From the IMG/VR virus record IMGVR_UViG_3300029910_000049, positions 1-42,922 of that record: DNA of 42,922 bases. One strand, written 5' to 3'. Within the stretch, counting starts at the first letter, position 1. Every line of letters begins with the position of its first letter. Positions 35,605 to 42,222 of the stretch are shown piece by piece. The notes beneath the pieces were generated by a model that searched no databases, was not told the DNA's origin, and worked only from the letters and a program-made list of their open reading frames with translations. The translations under genes were made by a program, and so were the position numbers. Origin of the DNA: a virus.

Positions 35605-36014
35605 AGTGTTTGTTTAACCTCGCCACAACGTTCACACATATAGACTACAGTACCGTCTGTTCCTTCTAACTTACGATGTCTATGCCCGTATTCTTTACAG
35701 TGCTGCACCATCGCCACGTTAACCGCTTGCCCTGGTGTGCCTACCGTTATCGGCCCATCGCCAAATATGCGGCGTATTTGCTTGTTCACGTATCGAGGGT
35801 TGGTCACGACCCAAACTCCCATTTTTTTGGACGTGTTATTGAGTGACAACACGCCGTTAGGTACGTTGTATCGCTCCGGTATCATGTTGCGTGCTGAGCA
35901 TACGCCAACAATGCTAAACACTTCTTTATGTATGAAGCTACCAAAGGCATACCGCAAACCGGCAAACGCGGCAGCCATTAACAACTTATTATCATCAGGT
36001 GAAACTTTTACCAT
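35601..36014 (-). CDS. hypothetical protein with C-terminal Cys/His cluster (137 aa)
   Basis: GGAG 9 nt upstream of the ATG. HCKEYGHRH...CERCG at the C-terminus. Confidence 0.6.
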   Translation of the reverse strand: MVKVSPDDNKLLMAAAFAGLRYAFGSFIHKEVFSIVGVCSARNMIPERYNVPNGVLSLNNTSKKMGVWVVTNPRYVNKQIRRIFGDGPITVGTPGQAVNVAMVQHCKEYGHRHRKLEGTDGTVVYMCERCGEVKQTL

Positions 36015-36072
36015 CGTCCAAACTCCAATTGTTTAGACCTAATGCCCACACGTGAGCATTAAGTCAAAGCAA

Positions 36073-36273
36073 TTAAGCGTGTTTGTTAAGTTGACGCTCC
36101 AAAGCGCTACCTGTTGCGTGCTTGTCCACCCCTTTCGCTTCGCGGTCAATAATAGCGGCTTCAATCTTAGAACGCTCCTCCTTAGTTTTGGCGCGCAGCA
36201 AAAGGTAAGACTTCAATTCGCACAACGACAAAGTAACAAACGCAACCTTTGATGTTTCAGGCACAGCATCCAT
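36073..36273 (-). CDS. hypothetical protein (66 aa)
   Basis: ATG 36273 (MDAVPE...) is preceded by aaacGGAG plus 9 nt. The longer form to 36321 would start inside the promoter -10. Confidence 0.5.
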   Translation of the reverse strand: MDAVPETSKVAFVTLSLCELKSYLLLRAKTKEERSKIEAAIIDREAKGVDKHATGSALERQLNKHA

Positions 36274-36320
36274 AAGCCCAACTCCGTTTAAGGAAAGCAC
36301 GCGGCCTCCACTTATAATCA

Positions 36321-36349
36321 CTTATAACGCTGTCTAAAAGCAAAGTCAA
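36321..36349 (-). promoter_or_regulatory. sigma70-type promoter (TTGACT-17 nt-TATAAG)
   Basis: On the minus strand, TTGACT at 36349-36344 and TATAAG at 36326-36321. A second TATAAG lies 10 bp downstream. Confidence 0.55.
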
Positions 36350-36401
36350 CACAATACATACACTATAAATCGTCAATCAATCCTATTATTGCAATCTTGT
36401 T

Positions 36402-36489
36402 AATAAGTAAAATAAGTAAAAAATAAGTAGATGATTATATAAGAGAAAGTGGCGGATATCAGCCAATAAGTAAAATAAGTAAGTAAGTA
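36402..36489. repeat. iteron cluster, forward orientation (AATAAGTA x5 plus two AAGTA half copies)
   Basis: Octamer starts at 36402, 36411, 36422, 36465 and 36474. Half copies at 36481 and 36485. Confidence 0.85.
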
Positions 36490-36550
36490 GCGACGATTTA
36501 ATGAATGTGGTATATTACAGGAAATTAATGGTAGGGGTAGGGCAAAATCT

Positions 36551-36648
36551 CCTTATTTACTTATTTTCAAAAATCGGCTGAGTTCTGCGGTTTTTCAGCC
36601 CTAATCCTCTCCTTATTCCTTACTTATTTTCTACTTATTTTACTTATA
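36551..36648. repeat. iteron cluster, inverted orientation (TACTTATT/TACTTATA x4 plus CTTATT partials)
   Basis: Starts at 36558, 36621, 36632 and 36641, with partials at 36552 and 36612. 36621-36647 is the inverted repeat of 36403-36429 (26 of 27 nt). Confidence 0.85.
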
Positions 36649-36711
36649 GAACCGGACCCGGACCTTTTATTAAATAAACTGCCTGTATGATCGCTCACAA
36701 CAAGCAGCGTC

Positions 36712-36912
36712 TTAACCAAAAAATCTTGACTTAGGCTTGCGTTTAAAACGTGACGATAGGCTGACAAACGCCTTATAGCAGCGCTCTAGTAAAACACGCC
36801 TCCGTTTAATTTTAGGCTGTTTGGCAAGCTCAACTTTCTTTCGCTCAGCCAAACGGCACAACATGGCATCGTCACACCTGCACTTAGGCCAATGGCAAAA
36901 CGGATCATTCAT
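36712..36912 (-). CDS. small basic protein with N-terminal Cys cluster (66 aa)
   Basis: CHWPKCRCDDAMLC, then a Lys/Arg-rich tail. Last gene of the replication operon. Confidence 0.5.
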   Translation of the reverse strand: MNDPFCHWPKCRCDDAMLCRLAERKKVELAKQPKIKRRRVLLERCYKAFVSLSSRFKRKPKSRFFG

Positions 36913-37160
36913 AGTAGCAGACTTTTAGCGATAACACTGTTGTATTCCTCCAATGCGATAATACCCAGATCGGTAATGTAGACGCGCTGATATTTGGCAG
37001 CGTGATAATGTGCCGGATAGATTAGCTTGCGGCGTTCCAAGGCAATGCCTGTGCGGTCTGTTATGCTAATACTTGTGCCAACACTACTGTGCGCCCGGCG
37101 CAGCATGATGGCTTGCGCTCTGGTTATTGTATAATCAACGGTTACTATCAGCTTGACCAT
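36909..37160 (-). CDS. hypothetical protein, possible winged-helix (83 aa)
   Basis: ATG 37160 overlaps the helicase stop (TAATG). ITRAQAIMLRRA...ALERRKLI...YITDLGIIALEE pattern. Confidence 0.5.
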   Translation of the reverse strand: MVKLIVTVDYTITRAQAIMLRRAHSSVGTSISITDRTGIALERRKLIYPAHYHAAKYQRVYITDLGIIALEEYNSVIAKSLLL

Positions 37161-38863
37161 TATAAGCCGCGATGTTCGCGCATAAGCGGCGCAAAAATAT
37201 CCATGTTCAGGGTGACGCAAGCGTCAACAGACCCGTTGTATTCTTTGCGGATCAACTCGCCGTATTTAATCATATCGGCCCATGCATCATTGAATGCTCT
37301 GGCGGCGCCTAACGGATGACCCTTGAACGGAAGCAACGCGCGGCAGTAGTTGCGCACCACGTATGCTTGGATAACACCGTTATCTAGCAGCTCAGGCTTT
37401 ACCCCAGGGAGCTTTCCAAACTTGCGTGAACCATGAATATAAAGCTTGACGATAAACTTGCGTATCTCAGCTTGCCTGCGGTCATCGGTGACGCCAATCT
37501 CTCCCGATGAAAACTTTTTGCAAATCTTCTGAACGCAAGGCATGACAATCTTGATTGCTATATCAACGTGTGATGCTTCAATGCGAGGGTTATACGGATT
37601 AACGCCAATGGCTATAAGGCTAGCAATTTGCTTTACGTGTTCTTTGGCCCGGCTCCACATACCAGATGTAGGCAACTCTCTTTCATTATCTTCAACGGTT
37701 GATCGTATACAAACATTTTCAAACCATTTAAGCCTCCCTATCGCTAGGTCATCAATAGGCTTAACGTCTATAACCTGTTCAACATCGCCGGTTAATTGTT
37801 GGCCACGCGAATAGCTTTGATTATATAGCGTTTTGATTTGCTCAAACATCTTAGGATTTAGCGTTGAGACGGGGTTAGGGTTAGGAGCTGTAAGGTTGCC
37901 TTCATACTCCAATACCGTAAAGCGCGGTAAAAATCCGGTGGTTAGAAGATCACCGGATATGTCGTTATAGAACGCTTCCGGTGTGCCGGTTGCGAGGATT
38001 GATAGCGACGCCATGAGCACGTCAATCTCTTCTGGCAGGTTGCTACGCTTTGAATACTTGCGGCCGCGATAGACGCGGCCGGGGCCAGACATCTCCATTA
38101 GGCGTAATAATTCAGAGCGCTCTTGTAGTTTATTGGCAGGGCAGTTTTGCTGTGACATCAGCTTAATGTCTGCGACATATTCATCAGCGTGATAAAGAGT
38201 TGCTGGGCACTCGGCTATATGCTGCGCCAAGCCTTGTGCGCTTCCGATTTGCCCTATGATCATCTTTTTAGCTTGCGCTAGACGCTTCTTCGCTTCTTCA
38301 TAGTGCGGCGGTTTTATGCCTTCGAAAAATTTATGCAGCTCATTAAACCATCTATCGTTTGCGGTATAGGCAAACGATTTGCCGGTTGACGTTTGAGCCA
38401 ACACTAAAAGATAAAGCGATAAGCCTAATGTGCCATGGCGATAAGTGCGTGAACACAGCAGCGACATGGTGGAAAGGGCTGACGCTATGGCCACTTCCGC
38501 AATCTGCCAGGGCGCTCCGTTCCAACACGCCTCTGCCAGCTCGCCCACAAGGCCGGGAATGGCCATAGGTGGCACGGCGGGCGGTAGGTCCAATGTGCGG
38601 CCCTTGTCCTGGCCGTCCGCATCCGTGAAGCCTGCAAACCCGGTCATGGGCGCTATCGCAGGCTGGGGTTGATAGACGGGTATTTCATATTGCGGAATTA
38701 TGGGCGCGGGCGGCGCAGCTTCCCACGGAGCCGGTACCGGCGTGGTGCCTACACTATCGCCAACGGCGAAAGGGTTGTCACTGCTAGGCGGCGAAACGTA
38801 AACGCCGCGCTGCTTGTATAATGTTGGGTGCCACGCCGTAGGATTAAACCAGCCTGTAGTCAA
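37160..38863 (-). CDS. DUF3987-type P-loop NTPase (putative replicative helicase partnered with the primase-polymerase)
   Basis: Walker A LAQTSTGKS and Walker B TLYHADEY. 4-nt overlap with the prim-pol gene. Confidence 0.65.
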   Translation of the reverse strand: MTTGWFNPTAWHPTLYKQRGVYVSPPSSDNPFAVGDSVGTTPVPAPWEAAPPAPIIPQYEIPVYQPQPAIAPMTGFAGFTDADGQDKGRTLDLPPAVPPMAIPGLVGELAEACWNGAPWQIAEVAIASALSTMSLLCSRTYRHGTLGLSLYLLVLAQTSTGKSFAYTANDRWFNELHKFFEGIKPPHYEEAKKRLAQAKKMIIGQIGSAQGLAQHIAECPATLYHADEYVADIKLMSQQNCPANKLQERSELLRLMEMSGPGRVYRGRKYSKRSNLPEEIDVLMASLSILATGTPEAFYNDISGDLLTTGFLPRFTVLEYEGNLTAPNPNPVSTLNPKMFEQIKTLYNQSYSRGQQLTGDVEQVIDVKPIDDLAIGRLKWFENVCIRSTVEDNERELPTSGMWSRAKEHVKQIASLIAIGVNPYNPRIEASHVDIAIKIVMPCVQKICKKFSSGEIGVTDDRRQAEIRKFIVKLYIHGSRKFGKLPGVKPELLDNGVIQAYVVRNYCRALLPFKGHPLGAARAFNDAWADMIKYGELIRKEYNGSVDACVTLNMDIFAPLMREHRGL

Positions 38864-39810
38864 GCGCTTAGTCCTAGCTCTGCCAGTATAGCAATCCGTT
38901 GATTGTGCAGTGCATCAACATCAGCTTTTGATGGCATACGATCAAAAGCGCGCGCTATCATATCGCTTACATACTTGTCATCTGCGCCGCGCGGTATTTG
39001 CGATTTGGGCCGCTGCGCAATTCCGCTCATGCGAAAAATGCGCGCGATTTGCTCCCTATTGTGCGAATAGAAAGCAAGAATATTTATAAGAGCGAAGTCG
39101 GCTTGATTGCAGCTTATGCCATCTGAACTTGTACACAGCCCGTAGTCAGTACGCCAGTCACCATTATACAGGCGCAGGAACTTGTCGCCGTTGGTTGCTC
39201 TGGATGCCGCTTCCCAAACCTGCAAATCTGTTCGCATCGCAGGTTGATCAACATACGTTGTAGCGGCAATTTTCTTGTCCGGTCCAAGTGCCTCATACAG
39301 ATAATCAATCGCACTCTGCCTATGCTCACAATTCCAGGCGTTCATACGATGGCCCGTGAAGGTGAAAAAGCGTAGATTGTCATACATCTCTACGCTGCCT
39401 CGCCGCTTGCCAGCACCGGACAACGTGCCTTTGCAAATGATATGCACTCCGGTGCCGCTTGGGCTCCATTCACTATAGCTCGCAAAACCGGCATAAATCT
39501 GTTCCTGCCAAGCTCTATCGTCTGGCGTAATCGGCGTTCCATTTGTTACATGACTGTCAAGATCAATGCCCGTAAATGGGTCCGCTTTCGTAAACACAAA
39601 CCCCATGCCGTGGCACATTTCGCGCTGCACTTTGTCCGCCGCTGCCTCAAAGCTGCCAAAATCAAGCGGATCATTTACGGCGGCTTTATATAAATCGTGT
39701 GAGCGTAGGGGGATTTTAGTTGGCTTTCTATCGGCCGCTATGGCTTCATAGCGCCAGTTAATCCACTGCCGGTGCTGGCGCAATTCCTCCGGTATATTTT
39801 CAAAATTCAT
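38860..39810 (-). CDS. primase-polymerase (archaeo-eukaryotic primase superfamily)
   Basis: N-terminal RQWINWRYE...KPTKIPL, catalytic GIDLD, SGTGVHII. PriCT-like CNQADFALINILAFYSHNREQIARIFRMSGI. Confidence 0.75.
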   Translation of the reverse strand: MNFENIPEELRQHRQWINWRYEAIAADRKPTKIPLRSHDLYKAAVNDPLDFGSFEAAADKVQREMCHGMGFVFTKADPFTGIDLDSHVTNGTPITPDDRAWQEQIYAGFASYSEWSPSGTGVHIICKGTLSGAGKRRGSVEMYDNLRFFTFTGHRMNAWNCEHRQSAIDYLYEALGPDKKIAATTYVDQPAMRTDLQVWEAASRATNGDKFLRLYNGDWRTDYGLCTSSDGISCNQADFALINILAFYSHNREQIARIFRMSGIAQRPKSQIPRGADDKYVSDMIARAFDRMPSKADVDALHNQRIAILAELGLSA

Positions 39811-39820
39811 TGGTTTAGCC

Positions 39821-40030
39821 TTAAGCTAACGGCAGCGGCTTACGTGCAAGATACTCATATAAACATTGAATTTTGTTCACGCCAGGGTCTTTTATCTGCC
39901 CATTTGCAAGGCATGACAACCAACGGAGATTTAAGCTTGGACACTCTGCAACTATCTGCTCATAGGTTAAGGAGCGCGGCCGGGCCAATAGCAGATTTTG
40001 TGTTGCTTCTAGTAATGAGCCACAACCCAT
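39821..40030 (-). CDS. small HTH DNA-binding protein (69 aa)
   Basis: LTYEQIVAECPSLNLRWLSCLANGQIKDPGVNKIQCLYEYL resembles an XRE/Cro-type HTH. First gene of the leftward operon. Confidence 0.5.
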   Translation of the reverse strand: MGCGSLLEATQNLLLARPRSLTYEQIVAECPSLNLRWLSCLANGQIKDPGVNKIQCLYEYLARKPLPLA

Positions 40031-40033
40031 AGC

Positions 40034-40171
40034 GGTTAACCTTTATATACAGAAATCTTCCGGTAACATGTCTAATAGTGCGTCCCGTATGCAGTCAATA
40101 GGTAAAAACATGATTGACAGCTCATTATTTGAGCCCTACACAAGGCGAGAGACTGAAATCAAGGGTTAACC
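40034..40171. promoter_or_regulatory. divergent early promoter/operator region
   Basis: Back-to-back -35 boxes: TTGACT on the minus strand (40098-40093) and TTGACA on the plus strand (40114-40119), the latter with TACACA 17 nt downstream. GGTTAACC palindromes at 40034-40041 and 40164-40171 abut both start codons. Confidence 0.4.
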
Positions 40172-40173
40172 TA

Positions 40174-40593
40174 ATGTCATTTGTTTCGGCCCGTGCTTTG
40201 GCATGTTTTTGGATGGCGGCTAAAAACCGTCTTGACGCTGCGAAGAAAGAGGAAAAGCGTTGGCGTGATCTGATAGAGGCGGAACTGTTTGGTGCGGCGG
40301 ACTTGGGCATAAACCGTTGTTCTATAGATGCTGCGCAAGACTTCAAATTTACGCGCAAGCAATCAATCGGTTTCAAATATGACGCTGCAAAAATGACACA
40401 GCTATATAAAGACGTAACACCGGATCAAGCAGAGCTGCTGTCTAAAGTTTTTGTTTGGGAAATGGACATGAAAAACGCCGCCTACACTGCGCTGCCTGAT
40501 GCGTTGCGTGCTATTGTTGATAATACCGGCATGGTGGAAATCAAAGATGCTGCGCCAACGCTTGAAATCGGCAGTGCGAAGGCTGAAGAATAA
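40174..40593 (+). CDS. hypothetical protein (139 aa), first gene of the recombination operon
   Basis: ATG 40174 is preceded by AAGGG. The upstream TTG 40114 given by the ORF track coincides with the -35 box. Confidence 0.55.
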   Translation: MSFVSARALACFWMAAKNRLDAAKKEEKRWRDLIEAELFGAADLGINRCSIDAAQDFKFTRKQSIGFKYDAAKMTQLYKDVTPDQAELLSKVFVWEMDMKNAAYTALPDALRAIVDNTGMVEIKDAAPTLEIGSAKAEE

Positions 40594-41297
40594 TGCAAAC
40601 CTATTATACAAACGATGCGCGCAATCTGTTTCAAAAAGGTTTAATATGCGGTCTCGGCGGCAGCGGTAAAACACCGCTTGCTTTAACCGCTCCCGCGCCA
40701 TTCCTGTTTGTGAGTGAACCCGGTCTAACGTCACTGTCTCAACATCGCGTACCATATGCCGATGCCAGCACATACGAAAAGGCGAAAGACTGTCTAAAAT
40801 GGGCCGCGTCATCAGCCGAGGCGCGCAATGTAGGTACAATATATTTTGACAGCATCAGCGCGCTATCTGAAAATATTTTAGGCGCGCTCCGCAAAAAGCA
40901 CAACAATGATGCGCGAAAGTATTCCCCGGAAACAACAGCGCAAGTTATGGAAATTGTGCTAGAGGCGTTAGGCTTACCGGGCAAGCATGTAATGATGACA
41001 TCAAAAGCCGTAGAGGTTAAAAACGATATTAGCGTTATCGGCGGCGGGACAAGCACCATAACAACAGTAGAATGTTTTACGGCAGTACCAAAGCTTGGCC
41101 CGGCTCTGCCATATCATTTTGACAACGTATTATATTTAAGCCGCCATGTTGATCCAGTGACTGGACAAGAACATGGCTGGCTTAGATGTCGCATGAACGA
41201 TTACGCACCCATGTGCCGTAATCGCAGCGGCAAGCTGGACGTGTGGGAGCCAGCGGACATCAACCACATTATTAACAAATCAAACGGAGTTATTTGA
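40593..41297 (+). CDS. Sak4-like RecA-fold ATPase (AAA_24 type)
   Basis: Walker A GLGGSGKT and Walker B IYFDSIS. 234 aa. Typical neighbour of DUF669 SSB-like genes. Confidence 0.7.
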   Translation: MQTYYTNDARNLFQKGLICGLGGSGKTPLALTAPAPFLFVSEPGLTSLSQHRVPYADASTYEKAKDCLKWAASSAEARNVGTIYFDSISALSENILGALRKKHNNDARKYSPETTAQVMEIVLEALGLPGKHVMMTSKAVEVKNDISVIGGGTSTITTVECFTAVPKLGPALPYHFDNVLYLSRHVDPVTGQEHGWLRCRMNDYAPMCRNRSGKLDVWEPADINHIINKSNGVI

Positions 41298-41298
41298 A

Positions 41299-41454
41299 AT
41301 GAGTTTGCATCCTATGCTAAATCGCCGCTGCCTTGTTAGAACATATTCGGCGGGCGTTCATATCGGCAATATTTCGTATATTGACGGCATGGAAATGAAG
41401 CTTGATAACGCGCTGCGCCTTTGGCAATGGCGATGGCTCTGGCCATGGCTATAG
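41299..41454 (+). CDS. small hypothetical protein (51 aa)
   Basis: GGAG 9 nt upstream of the ATG. LVRTYSAGVHIGN...KLDNALRLWQW pattern. Below the ORF-track cutoff. Confidence 0.45.
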   Translation: MSLHPMLNRRCLVRTYSAGVHIGNISYIDGMEMKLDNALRLWQWRWLWPWL

Positions 41455-41496
41455 CGATGGCTCTGGCTTTTGACTAACAACGAAAGGTAATTTAAC

Positions 41497-42219
41497 ATGG
41501 CGTGGTTTAATCCAACTGAACACAATCCTATTTCGGGCCCCTCACAGCTTCCCGCTGGTAAGTATCGCGTTCGCGTGCTTAAAACCGGGAGGCGTGCCAA
41601 CAAAGACAACAACGCTTCAATGTTGGCGATTGATTGCGGCATCTTGGATGGTCCGAATGCTGGTCAAACGGGCACATTCAACCTCAACATTTGGAATAGC
41701 AACGAAGTCGCGTCACGTATCGCTGCCGGTCATCTAGCCGCCATCACTCAGGTGACAGGCACATGGCAGGCAGGGCTTAGCGCAATGCCCGAAGGTGTTG
41801 AGCTTTGGGGCAAAGATTTCATGGTTGAGATGGTGCCCCAGACGGACAGCAAATATACGCAAATCGGCAACATCTTCGATGTTCAGGGCAAGCCGCCTGT
41901 TGAATGGGCCAAGCTTGGCGCGGCTGCACCGAATGCGGGAGCGCCGCCTCAGCAAGCCGGACAGCCCCCAGCGCCCGCGTATGCGCCTCCGGCTCAAGGC
42001 GGTTTTCCTGCACCACAAGGCTGGGGAGGTTTTCCGGATCCTGGCGCTGGTCCTGCGTTCGGACAACCGCCGCAGGGTGCCCCAGCCTTCGGCCAGCCGC
42101 AACAGCAGCCCGGTTTTCCTGGTCAGCCTGGTGCGCCTCCGGCCTTTGGTCAAGCCGCCCCGGCCGCACCGTTCCAACAAGGCGCGATGCCTCCGCAACC
42201 CGGCTGGGCACAGCGTTAA
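41497..42219 (+). CDS. DUF669-like ssDNA-binding protein candidate with long Pro/Gln/Gly-rich tail
   Basis: N-terminal LPAGKYRVRVLK...ASMLAIDCGILDGPNAGQ pattern. The C-terminal ~110 aa is low-complexity P/Q/G/A. Adjacent to the Sak4-like gene. Confidence 0.55.
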   Translation: MAWFNPTEHNPISGPSQLPAGKYRVRVLKTGRRANKDNNASMLAIDCGILDGPNAGQTGTFNLNIWNSNEVASRIAAGHLAAITQVTGTWQAGLSAMPEGVELWGKDFMVEMVPQTDSKYTQIGNIFDVQGKPPVEWAKLGAAAPNAGAPPQQAGQPPAPAYAPPAQGGFPAPQGWGGFPDPGAGPAFGQPPQGAPAFGQPQQQPGFPGQPGAPPAFGQAAPAAPFQQGAMPPQPGWAQR

Positions 42220-42222
42220 CTC

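Noticed and set aside
36402-36648. Could the repeat array be a CRISPR array or a tandem-repeat satellite?
   Set aside because: The repeat unit is only 8 bp. Spacings are 9-11 bp rather than 25-40-bp repeats with unique spacers. The copies occur in both orientations. This fits protein-binding iterons or operators, not CRISPR.
40114-40173. TTG start at 40114 for the first rightward gene (159-aa form)
   Set aside because: This TTG is the first half of a TTGACA -35 box in the intergenic control region. ATG 40174 has an AAGGG RBS.
41358-41642. 94-aa minus-strand ORF spanning the gap between the 51-aa ORF and the SSB-like gene
   Set aside because: It is on the opposite strand to the operon, has no RBS, and overlaps two plus-strand starts that have good RBSs.
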